A DNA stretch of 46,973 bases from the IMG/VR virus record IMGVR_UViG_3300036846_001586, positions 1-46,973 of that record. One strand, written 5' to 3'. The position numbers and the translations under genes are program-made. The notes below the pieces were generated by a model, which was given only the letters and a program-made list of their open reading frames with translations, was not told the origin of the DNA and did no database searches. Positions within the stretch are counted from its first letter, which is position 1; each line of letters begins with the position of its first letter. Shown here piece by piece: positions 17,613-27,413 of this stretch. The stretch comes from a virus. Taxonomy: Duplodnaviria; Caudoviricetes.

Positions 17613-18452
17613 ATGAAAATTGAAGCAAAAGGAAATCCTGTAGAAATTTCTATGGATGACTATCATCAGGCTTTAAGATACTGCGATATTGCAACTTGTG
17701 AAGCCAAGGCTGTTGGGCAGGCTTTGGCGGGTAGATACGAAAAACCTTACAAAGGTTGGTCTAGTTTAATTTTTACCAGATTATGTATTCATGCTGGTCT
17801 AATTATGAGGAACGCTCCTAAAAGTCGCTGGTTCAAGGCTGATTTTGAACTATGGGATTATTCATGTATTGCTCCTCATGTACGAGCTATCATGGAGGGG
17901 GAATTGTTGTTATTTTATCTTTCGCAACCACCTACTAGCGAAGATGAGTGGTTAGTAAAATTAAAAATTCTTCACCTTAACGATTGCAATAGACGAATAA
18001 AACTATTTGAAGCCACTGATGATGAAGAAAACTTGAAAGCTTTTGAGCATGAGAAAAAAAAGCTCATTGAAGATATTTCAGAAATTGAATACTTCAATGC
18101 GCTACCATCAGAAATCAAAAAGAAAAGTATACAAGGAAAAATCCTTACCATTCAAAGCAGAGATGAGCTGTTGAAACTGTGCGGTATTGATAGTAAGTCA
18201 TTTAATCCTATATTTGATCATTTATCCCATTACACACATATTTTACCATATTCATTTTATCGTATTGAATCGAATGGCCGTGGGACAGGCATACTTAATG
18301 ATACAGATAAAGGTTTTTTATACTCAGGATTGATTGCCGCTGCTGAGTCAATGAGTCGTTGTACCGACATAATGGTGGAATTATTTCCTGATGTGAAAAA
18401 CAAAAGAAAGGGTCTTAAAAGTAAATTTTCTCCAGGCCCTAAACCTAGGTAA
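17613..18452 (+). CDS. Moron, DUF5677/HEPN-like all-helical protein
   Basis: AT-rich; own TATAAT (17584) and terminator (about 18469-18492); 'RAIMEG' and 'LSHYTH' motifs. Confidence 0.7.
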   Translation: MKIEAKGNPVEISMDDYHQALRYCDIATCEAKAVGQALAGRYEKPYKGWSSLIFTRLCIHAGLIMRNAPKSRWFKADFELWDYSCIAPHVRAIMEGELLLFYLSQPPTSEDEWLVKLKILHLNDCNRRIKLFEATDDEENLKAFEHEKKKLIEDISEIEYFNALPSEIKKKSIQGKILTIQSRDELLKLCGIDSKSFNPIFDHLSHYTHILPYSFYRIESNGRGTGILNDTDKGFLYSGLIAAAESMSRCTDIMVELFPDVKNKRKGLKSKFSPGPKPR

Positions 18453-18594
18453 AGTATATAATCTAACTAAGGTCGCTAATTTGCGGCCTTTTTCATTTCA
18501 GGCTCACGGGTATCATTCACTACGTGCTTTGCTGATAAATCCAGCCCGTAAAGCCTGACCATTTAGCGCCATCCGAAGAATCGGAGGTGAGGCT

Positions 18595-18672
18595 ATGACC
18601 AGAATGAGCACCATTTACAGCAGACTTTCATATGGTTCAGGGACCGGGCTGAGTTTTGAGTCAGACCGGTAA
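18595..18672 (+). pseudogene. Truncated 5' end of a different (HP1-type) holin
   Basis: GGAGGTG SD and MTRMSTIYSRLSYGSGT dual-Met start, ending after 25 codons. Confidence 0.6.
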
Positions 18673-18730
18673 AGTGACTAGCCCAGTATATCTATGAGAT
18701 AATAAGGCTTCTACCGCAGTAGGAGATGTC

Positions 18731-19027
18731 ATGTTCGATTGGATATATGTTTTTTTTAAAGGGATTATTGAGCATTACAAAGCTATGACCGCTTTAATGC
18801 TGACTTTGGCAATTATAAAGATGGTATTACCTGGTTTCTTTTGGATTCTAAATAAATATCAAGATCGCTCGCATCGAAACGAGTTAATAAAAATTTGGAT
18901 TAAAGCGGGATATGATGAAGAAGAAGCGACCAAGCATGTCGATAGGATATTACTTTCCGACAAAAAGAAACCTAAGCCTTCCTTAGTCAAAGATATCAAA
19001 AGATGGTTTCGCAATAAGACTCGCTAG
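18731..19027 (+). CDS. Small membrane-anchored moron (98 aa)
   Basis: AGGAG SD; hydrophobic aa 19-40; basic C-terminus; AT-rich. Confidence 0.7.
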   Translation: MFDWIYVFFKGIIEHYKAMTALMLTLAIIKMVLPGFFWILNKYQDRSHRNELIKIWIKAGYDEEEATKHVDRILLSDKKKPKPSLVKDIKRWFRNKTR

Positions 19028-19128
19028 GAGTCTTTTCTCAGTAATTATCCGGCAATCCTCTTACATAGCCCCGTTCTTGCGGGGCGCCTTCCATGAATTA
19101 AGCACCCGCCACGTAGCGAGGTGAGAGC

Positions 19129-19344
19129 ATGTATCGAATGGACAAACTGACAACAGGCATTGCCTACGGTGCGTCAGCCGGTAACGCCGGATTCTGGGTG
19201 CTTCAGTTGCTGGACACAGTCAGCTCATCGCAATGGGCTGCCATCGGAGTTCTCGGAAGTCTGATGTTTGGCCTGATGACGTATCTGACAAACCTTTATT
19301 TCAAAATCAAAGACGACAGGCGAAAGGCCCGGCGGGGTGAGTGA
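19129..19344 (+). CDS. Class II pinholin (S21-like) with dual start
   Basis: MYRM dual start; '[14 protein letters not shown]...[11 protein letters not shown]...NLYFKIK'. Confidence 0.9.
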   Translation: MYRMDKLTTGIAYGASAGNAGFWVLQLLDTVSSSQWAAIGVLGSLMFGLMTYLTNLYFKIKDDRRKARRGE

Positions 19345-19880
19345 TGTCGAACAAAGTGAAGTTCAGCGCTGCCATGTTGGCGCTTCTCGCTGCCGGAGCA
19401 ACAGCTCCTGAATTGTTTGACCAATTCATGAGTGAGAAAGAAGGTAATGCGCTGGTGGCCGTTGTCGATCCCGGTGGCATCTGGTCTCTATGCCACGGCG
19501 TCACAGTAATCAACGGTAAGCGAGTCGTGAAAGGCCAAACCGCCACCGAAGCGCAATGTAAGAAGGTAAACGCCATTGAGCGCGATAAGGCGCTGGCGTG
19601 GGTCGAGCGAAATATCAAGATACCTCTGACCGAACCACAGAAAGCTGGGATAGCGTCTTTCTGCCCATATAACATCGGCCCCGGAAAATGTTTCCCTTCT
19701 ACATTCTATAAGCGGATTAACGCAGGCAACCGTAAAGGAGCCTGTGAAGCTATTCGCTGGTGGATTAAAGACGGTGGCCGCGATTGTCGCCTGACCAAAG
19801 GCCAGAAAAATGGGTGCTATGGTCAGGTAGAGCGGCGAGATCAGGAAAGCGCGCTGGCGTGCTGGGGGATAGACCGGTGA
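19341..19880 (+). CDS. SAR endolysin (T4-lysozyme/GH24)
   Basis: Ala-rich N-terminal SAR segment; E-x8-D-x5-S triad; 'YNIGPG'. Confidence 0.9.
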   Translation: MMSNKVKFSAAMLALLAAGATAPELFDQFMSEKEGNALVAVVDPGGIWSLCHGVTVINGKRVVKGQTATEAQCKKVNAIERDKALAWVERNIKIPLTEPQKAGIASFCPYNIGPGKCFPSTFYKRINAGNRKGACEAIRWWIKDGGRDCRLTKGQKNGCYGQVERRDQESALACWGIDR

Positions 19881-20338
19881 GTCGACTAACAAACATCATC
19901 ATTACTGTGGTCATCTGCATAATCTTATCTCTAGGCTGGGCCGTTAACCACTACCGCGACAACGCCATCACCTACAAAGACCAGCGCAATAAGGCCACCG
20001 AAAAACTCGGCCTAGCGAAAAACACCATCAAAGACATGCAGATCCGACAGCGTGATGTTGCGACTTTGGATGCCAAATACACCGGAGAACTGGCTGATGC
20101 GAAAAAGCAGTTGGATGATCTGCAGCGTTGCGTTAGCACTGGTAAGTGTGGGCTGCACGTCAACGCAAAATGTCCCGCGAACGGAGCGACCGGCTCCGGC
20201 AGCCTGGGCGATGCTTCCGGCCCCCGACTTACTGACTCCGCTGAACGGGATTATTGGCGTCTCAGTGCCGGAATTAATACCATCACCGGTCAAGTGAACT
20301 ACCTGCAGGACTACATCCGCACGCAGTGTTTGAGGTGA
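19877..20338 (+). CDS. Rz: i-spanin Rz
   Basis: GTG start overlapping the endolysin stop; N-terminal TM; ends 'LQDYIRTQC'. Confidence 0.85.
   Translation: MSRLTNIIITVVICIILSLGWAVNHYRDNAITYKDQRNKATEKLGLAKNTIKDMQIRQRDVATLDAKYTGELADAKKQLDDLQRCVSTGKCGLHVNAKCPANGATGSGSLGDASGPRLTDSAERDYWRLSAGINTITGQVNYLQDYIRTQCLR
20097..20297 (+). CDS. Rz1: o-spanin Rz1 embedded in Rz
   Basis: Alternate-frame lipobox 'VSVGC' followed by a Pro-rich mature part. Confidence 0.8.
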   Translation: MRKSSWMICSVALALVSVGCTSTQNVPRTERPAPAAWAMLPAPDLLTPLNGIIGVSVPELIPSPVK

Positions 20339-20378
20339 GCTGTGATTATCTGTTGGAGTGAGGTCTAGTAACTTTATT

Positions 20379-20807
20379 CTATTCAGGTTTTTTATACATG
20401 CTTGGGTCCCAAGGCATGTTCGGGTCGTAATCATCGGGCGGACGATGCTGTGGGGCGGTGATATACCACAAAACACCAAATCTATCGATTACAGTGACAG
20501 CGCAGGGGCTCCATGGTAATGGCCCAATCGATTCTTTGATTGTTCCTCCCTCGGCTAAATGCTTGTATGCTTTTTGTACCTCCGACTCATCTGCCAATGT
20601 AACACCCAACGTTACCGTATGTTCCATCGCAGCTTCACCCTGTCCTTCAACGACACTAAATCCGTGTCCGTCTTTTGACAATTCTGAGTGAAAATAGCTT
20701 CCATCAGGGTTTTTCACATGATAACCAAGCTCAACCCCAAAAGCTTTTTGATACAACTCCACCGCTTCCGCGCTATTTTTTACAGATAGCCCAAAGTCTA
20801 TTTTCAT
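20379..20807 (-). CDS. VOC/glyoxalase (PhnB-like) moron
   Basis: 'AEAVELYQKAFG...HSEL...LAEGG...PWS...DRFGVLW'. Confidence 0.8.
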   Translation of the reverse strand: MKIDFGLSVKNSAEAVELYQKAFGVELGYHVKNPDGSYFHSELSKDGHGFSVVEGQGEAAMEHTVTLGVTLADESEVQKAYKHLAEGGTIKESIGPLPWSPCAVTVIDRFGVLWYITAPQHRPPDDYDPNMPWDPSMYKKPE

Positions 20808-20930
20808 ACTATAGCCTTCTTAGGAATTCACATGGAACTCACCGACAAGCATTAAATGTTCTGTCGCGAGTACATCATTGATTCAAAATACTAATATCCT
20901 TCAATTCAAAAATAAAAACTAGGGGACGTT

Positions 20931-21923
20931 ATGGCAATACCGGACTGGGGCGAGCTTCAGCGACGGTTCCTGTCCGATCATGCCGCAACCGGCGTATCAC
21001 CGAAGGATTGGTGTGAAGCGCAGGGACTGAATTATACATCTGCGCGGCGCTACATTAAAAAGCCAACTGCGCAGACTGCGCAAAAACCTGCGCAGAAGAA
21101 ATTGCGCACTGCGCAGAAAGAAAAAAGTGCAGAGGAACTGGTTAACAGCAAACTCAGCCCGAAGGTAAAGTGCTTCATTGCTGAATTTCTGAAGGACCAG
21201 AACGCCACGGCAGCCGCTGAGCGTGCTGGCTATAGTGACCCAAACTATGGTCGTCAGCTCATAACGAATCCTAACGTTGCGCAGGCCATTGCGCAGCAGC
21301 AGAAAGCCTCTATTGCGCGCACGCTTGGCAGCGCTGATGAAGTCCTCTCGCAGATGTGGCAACTCGCCACTTTCGATGCCAACCAACTCTCACAGTATCG
21401 CCGCGGTGCCTGCCGCTATTGCTGGGGCTTCGGTCATCACTATCAGTGGCGTGACATGGTGGAGTTCGAGGAGCAACGGCTTAAAGCCCTTGAGCGGAAG
21501 GGCAAAGAGCCGGTAGACGTCGGAGGTTATGGCTACGACCACAACCGGGAGCCAAACCCTGGCTGTCCGCGCTGCAATGGTGATGGGATCGGACAGCCAT
21601 ACTTTGCTGATACCCGAAAACTTCCCCCTGATGCTGCCCTGGCTTATTCCGGCGTGAAGCTTGGCAAACATGGTGTGGAAATTACCGCGATAAGCCGTGA
21701 ACGGATGTATGAAGCCGTGATGAAGCGGCTTGGCCTGGCTGATAGTGAGTTTGCGCAGCGACTTCAACAGATTGAAATCGAGCGCCGGCAACTGGAAGTG
21801 GAAAAACTCCGTAAAGAACAGGCTGCAGATCCGGAGGATGACGAACCAACGCCAGTTGCAATCAATATCAACGTAGTTGATGCGCGAGTGAGGGAAGAGG
21901 ATGGCGATAGCACCAACGCTTAA
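20931..21923 (+). CDS. terS: Terminase small subunit with a CRYC/CPRC zinc finger
   Basis: 'NATAAAERAGYS' TerS motif; precedes terL. Confidence 0.85.
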   Translation: MAIPDWGELQRRFLSDHAATGVSPKDWCEAQGLNYTSARRYIKKPTAQTAQKPAQKKLRTAQKEKSAEELVNSKLSPKVKCFIAEFLKDQNATAAAERAGYSDPNYGRQLITNPNVAQAIAQQQKASIARTLGSADEVLSQMWQLATFDANQLSQYRRGACRYCWGFGHHYQWRDMVEFEEQRLKALERKGKEPVDVGGYGYDHNREPNPGCPRCNGDGIGQPYFADTRKLPPDAALAYSGVKLGKHGVEITAISRERMYEAVMKRLGLADSEFAQRLQQIEIERRQLEVEKLRKEQAADPEDDEPTPVAININVVDARVREEDGDSTNA

Positions 21924-23205
21924 CATCCCGCAGGCCCGATTCCTCGCAATGGAGCACAAATTTAAAGCCTACGTGGCCGGCTTTGGTTCTGGCAAGACGT
22001 GGGTCGGTTGCGGTGGTATCTGCAAAGGGATGTGGGAGCATCCGAAAATCAACCAGGGCTATTTTGCACCTACTTACCCCCAGATCCGCGACATCTTTTA
22101 CCCCACGGTCGAAGAGGTGGCCTTTGACTGGGGGCTGAATGTCAAAATTAACGAGGGAAACAAAGAGGTTCACTTCTACGCCGGGCGCCAGTACCGCGGA
22201 ACGACGATTTGCCGCTCGATGGAGAAACCACAAACCATCGTGGGTTTTAAAATCGGTAACGCGCTGATTGATGAACTGGACGTAATGCCCGCCAAAAAGG
22301 CGCAGTTAGCCTGGCGAAAAATCATTGCCCGTATGCGTTACAACGTGCCAGGACTTCGCAACGGAATAGATGTCACCACGACGCCAGAAGGATTTAAATT
22401 TGTTTATCAACAGTTCGCAAAGGCTGTGCGCGATAAACCCTCGCTCTCTACGTTGTATGGTCTGGTGCAGGCCTCGACATTCGACAACGAAAAGAACCTG
22501 CCGGCGGATTACATCCCGTCCCTGATGGAGTCTTATCCGCCTGAGCTGATTAAGGCGTATTTGCGGGGCCAGTTCACCAACCTGACCAGCGGGACTATTT
22601 ACCATCAGTTCGATCGTAAGCTGAATTGTTGCACTGAAGAAGAACAGCCTGGCGAGCCACTTTACATCGGTATGGATTTTAACGTCGGGAAGATGGCCGG
22701 GATCGTTCATGTGTTGCGTCTTGGACTTCCGTTCGCGGTTAACGAGATAGTAAAAGCCTACGACACCCCTGACATGATACGCATCATCAAAGAGCGATTC
22801 TGGTTGTTCGACGGTAAAGATTATCGGAAGGTCAGGGAAATCTATATCTACCCGGATGCTTCCGGTGATTCGCGTAAATCGGCCCACGCCAGCACTACGG
22901 ATATAGCACAGCTTAAACAAGCTGGTTTTAACGTGATAGTGAACGATTCAAACCCGCCAGTAAAAGACCGCATTAACTCCATGAACGCCATGTTCTGCAA
23001 TGGCAATGGTGAACGTCGCTATAAAGTGAATGTAAAACGATGCCCGGTTTACACCGAATCGCTTGAGCAGCAGATCTGGGGAGAGAACGGAGAGCCAGAT
23101 AAAAAGGCAGATAATGATCACCCTAACGATGCCGGCGGCTACTTCATCGTGAAGCAGTTCCCAATCATCAAACCGACAGGTAAATCCACACCACTTCGGA
23201 TGTAA
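21901..23205 (+). CDS. terL: Terminase large subunit
   Basis: Walker A AGFGSGKT, 'LIDELD', nuclease 'GMDFN' and 'DHPNDA'. Confidence 0.92.
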   Translation: MAIAPTLNIPQARFLAMEHKFKAYVAGFGSGKTWVGCGGICKGMWEHPKINQGYFAPTYPQIRDIFYPTVEEVAFDWGLNVKINEGNKEVHFYAGRQYRGTTICRSMEKPQTIVGFKIGNALIDELDVMPAKKAQLAWRKIIARMRYNVPGLRNGIDVTTTPEGFKFVYQQFAKAVRDKPSLSTLYGLVQASTFDNEKNLPADYIPSLMESYPPELIKAYLRGQFTNLTSGTIYHQFDRKLNCCTEEEQPGEPLYIGMDFNVGKMAGIVHVLRLGLPFAVNEIVKAYDTPDMIRIIKERFWLFDGKDYRKVREIYIYPDASGDSRKSAHASTTDIAQLKQAGFNVIVNDSNPPVKDRINSMNAMFCNGNGERRYKVNVKRCPVYTESLEQQIWGENGEPDKKADNDHPNDAGGYFIVKQFPIIKPTGKSTPLRM

Positions 23206-23209
23206 AACC

Positions 23210-24634
23210 ATGCCAGATATTTCAACACCCAATCTCGACTATAACGACATGGTTGAGGCATGGGATATTAACGATGCTCTGATGGGCGGGACGCTGGAAA
23301 TGCGTCGGCAGGGGAAGGCATATCTCCCCAAATGGCCTAACGAAGATCCCGAAAGTTATAAAGAGCGTTTATCTAAAGCCACGTTACTCCCGGCCTATGA
23401 AGAGTCGATAAAACAGAATATAGGGCGCGTATTTGCTGAACCCACGGTATTAAGCGAAAACGCGCCGGAAAGTATCAGAAAGCTTTCGACTGATATTGAT
23501 ATGGAAGGAAACCGCCTGGATGTCTGGGCGCAACAGTTCTTCAGTATCGGTTTCCAGTACGGCCTGGTTCATGCGCTGGTGGATTACCCGCGTGTAGATC
23601 CGGAATCTGTAAAAACAAAAGCAGATGAAAAAGCAGCCGGGAGCAGGCCATACGTCACGATGCTAAACCCTCGACAGGTAATCGGCTGGAAGTCGAAAGT
23701 TGAGGGCGGAAAGGTCATCCTCACTGATTTGCGCATTCGCGAAACTATCATCTTGGACGGGGATGATTACGGGCAGACAAAGCTCGAACAGATCCGGCAT
23801 ATCATGCCTGGTAAAGTCGAAATCCATCGGCGCAACAAGGGAGAAAATGGCGAAGCGCAATGGACACTCTACGAAGAGTGGAAAACCAGCCGCAGCGATA
23901 TCACTCTGGTAACGCTGTACACCAAGCGAACCGGATTTATGCGCGGTTCGCCGCCACTCTTGAACCTGGCTTTACTGAATATCAAGCACTGGCAGAGCCA
24001 GAGCGAGCAGGACAACATCCTGCATGTTGCCCGCGTACCGTTGCTGGTGGCTTATGGGCTGGCAGAAGGTGAAACGTTAACGATCGGCGCGTCTTCAGCA
24101 ACACGTTTCGAAAACCGCGAACGGCAGGGGCTTGAATACGTCGAACATACCGGAGCAGCCATTGAATCTGGTGAAACATCGCTGGAAAAACTGGAAGATC
24201 AGATGCGGCAGGCGGGCGCCAAACTGCTACGTGCCGAGAACACCTCGACCAAATCTGTTGACCAGACAAATGAAGAGCGCATGCAGGAGAATTCGCCGCT
24301 ATATACGATGGCGAGTTCTCTGGAGGATGCCCTCGATAACATCCTGCAAATCATGGCGGAATGGCTTGGTGAAACTGAAGGCGGTAACGTTGATGTGCGC
24401 ACAGAACTTGATATTTCAGCGCAGACCTATGACGCAACCGCGGCAACGGCTGTTCAGTCGCTGAGGCAGGGGGGCGATATTCGTCAGGTGGACGCTATTC
24501 GCGTACTCCAGGCGCTGAAATTCATCGACCCGGACGCTAATCCAGAAGAGGTTATCGATGAGCTCAGGAATCAGCAGGTAACTCTGCTAAGCAGCCTGAA
24601 TACTCCTGGTGGTGTGAATGGCAACGTCAAATGA
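23210..24634 (+). CDS. Portal protein (DUF4055 type)
   Basis: 474 aa after terL; 'PPLLNLALLNIKHWQSQS'. Confidence 0.85.
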   Translation: MPDISTPNLDYNDMVEAWDINDALMGGTLEMRRQGKAYLPKWPNEDPESYKERLSKATLLPAYEESIKQNIGRVFAEPTVLSENAPESIRKLSTDIDMEGNRLDVWAQQFFSIGFQYGLVHALVDYPRVDPESVKTKADEKAAGSRPYVTMLNPRQVIGWKSKVEGGKVILTDLRIRETIILDGDDYGQTKLEQIRHIMPGKVEIHRRNKGENGEAQWTLYEEWKTSRSDITLVTLYTKRTGFMRGSPPLLNLALLNIKHWQSQSEQDNILHVARVPLLVAYGLAEGETLTIGASSATRFENRERQGLEYVEHTGAAIESGETSLEKLEDQMRQAGAKLLRAENTSTKSVDQTNEERMQENSPLYTMASSLEDALDNILQIMAEWLGETEGGNVDVRTELDISAQTYDATAATAVQSLRQGGDIRQVDAIRVLQALKFIDPDANPEEVIDELRNQQVTLLSSLNTPGGVNGNVK

Positions 24635-26378
24635 AAAACTTCGAGATGAAAGTCTGGCGCATGCAATCTGGGTGAGTCGATATAGTACCGGCGTAGCAAA
24701 CAGGATGATAAAAATCCTCAATGAGAGCGACGCAGAGCTTACCGCCAGGCTGCTGGTGGCGATGGATACCCTTGACGCTGATAGCTTCACTGTAACCCGC
24801 CTGGAATCGCTGCTTGCAAGCGTCAGGGAGACTAATCGGGAAGCAGTTCAGACTATGTATGCCGGGTTATCAACCGAGCTGCAAGGTCTGGCCCAGCATG
24901 AGGCTGGTTTTCAGCTCAGTCTGTTCCAGTTTGCTATCCCGGATGATGTGCTTGCGCTTCATCCGCTGGTGTGTATATCGCCAGATGCCGTCTATGCTGC
25001 TGCAATGGCCAGGCCGTTTCAGGGGCGCCTGCTTTCTGAGTGGGCAGACAACCTTGAAGCCGACAGGATGACGCGGATATCCAATACCGTACGGCAGGGC
25101 TTTCTGTTGGGCGATACGCATGAACAGATAGCCAGAAAGGTTCGCGGACACGCTAACCTGGGCTATCAGGATGGCGCGCTACAGATGAGCAGGACGAACG
25201 CGGGGAGTATTGCTAAAACAGCTGTAGGGCATCTTGCGGCGACGGCGCGTAATAGCTTTGCGGATGCGAATGACGACATTCTGAAGGGTAAGCAGTGGTT
25301 ATCCACTTTAGATAACCGGACATCGAAAGATTGCCGGGTTCGCGATTGCCTTAAGTACACGCTGGATAATAAACCAATCGGCCATAAAGTACCGTATCTT
25401 CAGGGACCAGGCAAAATCCACTTTTGCTGTCGCAGCGTGGAAACCTACATCCTGAAATCCTCTAATGAGTTGGGTATTCAAATTGGTGAGGTTCAGAACA
25501 GCTCCCGCGCCAGTATGGATGGACAGGTCCCCGGCGATACTACATATTCCGATTGGTTGCAGCGTCAGCCATTTTCCCGGCAAAAAGAAATCTTAGGCGA
25601 GACTCGAGCAAGGATGATGCGTGATGGCGTCATGAAATATGACGACTTCTATAGTGATAAGGGCGAATGGTTGACGTTGGCCCAACTAAATAAACTCTCA
25701 GAGTTGAGACAAGCCGGGAAATCTCCCGGCTTTTCTTTGGATGATGCACAGTCAGTAGCGGAGATTGAACAGGGTATGCGAGGAATTATTGCCGATGAAA
25801 TGCGCTTCCCTGAAGAAACTACGCTGGAGTCAGCACGTATTGCCGCCGGAGCCATGCAGAATGTTATTGAGCGGTTTCGCTTACCGCCAGTTAAGTATTT
25901 TGGAGAGGTAAGTGGTACGAGGAAAAGTGCAGCAGGTGCGTATTTTGAGGAAAATGCTGCTGTCCATGTTTCTCGTTGGGCGATGCAGTCCACTGAGTGG
26001 GATGCTATTTGTGAAAATAGCGCTACTTATGATTTCGTTTCTTCATTGTCGCTGGAAAGAATGTTGACGGTTTCGGATGCCGCTTTACTCGCAGCCGGGA
26101 ACAATCAACTGAATTATGCAGCGATTTCAAGCGTTGCCGGCACGGTTACGCATGAAATGGGGCATCATCTCTATTACCAGCACATTGACGATTTAAGTCA
26201 ACTTACTACAAAAGCATATAATGAAGGCTGGTGGCGACCTGTCAGTTATTATGCTTCCGAAAACGAACGTGAACTCTTTGCAGAAATTCTTACGATATTC
26301 ATGCTGGGCAGTAAGGATGATTACCAGCGTATTAACCCGGAGCTACTCGAATGGCTGAAGAAAAATTCCCGTGTCTAA
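24618..26378 (+). CDS. MuF/SPP1-gp7 head morphogenesis protein with a C-terminal zinc metallopeptidase extension
   Basis: MuF motifs 'WLSTLDNRTS..C' and 'HFCCRS'; extension carries HEMGH and 'YASENERELFAE'. Confidence 0.85.
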   Translation: MATSNEKLRDESLAHAIWVSRYSTGVANRMIKILNESDAELTARLLVAMDTLDADSFTVTRLESLLASVRETNREAVQTMYAGLSTELQGLAQHEAGFQLSLFQFAIPDDVLALHPLVCISPDAVYAAAMARPFQGRLLSEWADNLEADRMTRISNTVRQGFLLGDTHEQIARKVRGHANLGYQDGALQMSRTNAGSIAKTAVGHLAATARNSFADANDDILKGKQWLSTLDNRTSKDCRVRDCLKYTLDNKPIGHKVPYLQGPGKIHFCCRSVETYILKSSNELGIQIGEVQNSSRASMDGQVPGDTTYSDWLQRQPFSRQKEILGETRARMMRDGVMKYDDFYSDKGEWLTLAQLNKLSELRQAGKSPGFSLDDAQSVAEIEQGMRGIIADEMRFPEETTLESARIAAGAMQNVIERFRLPPVKYFGEVSGTRKSAAGAYFEENAAVHVSRWAMQSTEWDAICENSATYDFVSSLSLERMLTVSDAALLAAGNNQLNYAAISSVAGTVTHEMGHHLYYQHIDDLSQLTTKAYNEGWWRPVSYYASENERELFAEILTIFMLGSKDDYQRINPELLEWLKKNSRV

Positions 26379-26539
26379 AACGGGCCAATGAGTTGTACCA
26401 CTCCACGCCCAGGCCTGTGGATCTTCTGGACCAGTTGGAAGCATTGGCTGAGAAAGCAGGAAGTACGACACCTGAAGCAAGGATGATCGGCGGCCTGATT
26501 AGTGCCGCAATGATGGACGAGGCCAACGGCCATTCCTGA
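26351..26539 (+). CDS. 62-aa ORF, candidate immunity protein
   Basis: Overlaps the MuF stop by 28 nt; followed by a terminator at about 26560-26584. Confidence 0.55.
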   Translation: MAEEKFPCLKRANELYHSTPRPVDLLDQLEALAEKAGSTTPEARMIGGLISAAMMDEANGHS

Positions 26540-26584
26540 CAATAATTTTGACTAACACAAGGCTGCCTCCGGGCGGCCTTTTTT

Positions 26585-26629
26585 ATTGCCGCAATACCGG
26601 ATGGTGAGCGGTGCAACGGTCGGATGACC
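26585..26629 (+). promoter_or_regulatory. Twin GGAU-loop hairpin motif, copy 1
   Basis: GCCGC..ACC-GGAT-GGT..GCGGT then GGTC-GGAT-GACC, 16 nt before the scaffold ATG. Confidence 0.6.
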
Positions 26630-26645
26630 TCGAAAAGGTACCAAC

Positions 26646-27410
26646 ATGAAACTGAAGACAGTTGAAGTAAATGGCAAGCACTATGCGGAAGTTGATGCTA
26701 ACGGTTTGCCCGTGTACGTCCACGATGACGGCCAGGAGATCGGCTTTGATGCCGTGCAAGCAGTAGGAAAAATTTCCTCCCTGAATGGCGAGGCAAAATC
26801 TCATCGTGAAGCGAAAGAAGCTGCCGAAGCTAGCCTGGCTAAATTCGCCAAAATTAGCGATCCGGCGAAGGCGCTCGAAGCGTTGGAGATGATGACAAAA
26901 ATCGACCAGAAAAAGCTGATCGACGCAGGCGCAGTTGACCAGGTGAAAGCGGATATCACCAAATCATTCCAGGCTCAGCTTGATGAAGCCACCCAGCGGG
27001 CGACAACGCTCGAAGGTCAGCTCTATCAGGAAATGATTGGCGGGCGCTTCTCAGGCTCGAAATTCATTGCTGATAAAGTTGCGATCCCGGCGGACATGCT
27101 ACAGGCCCGCTTTGGTCAGTCTTTCAAAGTTGAGGATGGCAAAGTCGTTGCTTATGACGGCTCCGGCAACAAAATATACTCCCGCTCCAAGCCGGGCGAA
27201 CTGGCGGTCTTTGATGAGGCGCTGGAATTTCTGGTGGAGCAGTACCCTCAGAAAGATCACATTCTGAAGGCGAGTGGTAATCAGGGAGGAGGCTCTCGTC
27301 AGTCTCAACACTCAATCGGGCAGAAAACGATGAAGCGCGATGCGTTCAGCAGTTTGAGCCCGACAGATCAGCAATCGACCCTCAAAGACGGCATCACCAT
27401 CGTCGATTAA
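26646..27410 (+). CDS. Capsid scaffold protein (DUF6651-like)
   Basis: Coiled-coil protein between MuF and coat; Gly/Ser-rich C-terminal linker. Confidence 0.75.
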   Translation: MKLKTVEVNGKHYAEVDANGLPVYVHDDGQEIGFDAVQAVGKISSLNGEAKSHREAKEAAEASLAKFAKISDPAKALEALEMMTKIDQKKLIDAGAVDQVKADITKSFQAQLDEATQRATTLEGQLYQEMIGGRFSGSKFIADKVAIPADMLQARFGQSFKVEDGKVVAYDGSGNKIYSRSKPGELAVFDEALEFLVEQYPQKDHILKASGNQGGGSRQSQHSIGQKTMKRDAFSSLSPTDQQSTLKDGITIVD

Positions 27411-27413
27411 TTC

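Noticed and set aside
23184-23203. Third GGAT hairpin before the portal gene
   Set aside because: No convincing stem or twin architecture; the GGA is probably just the SD
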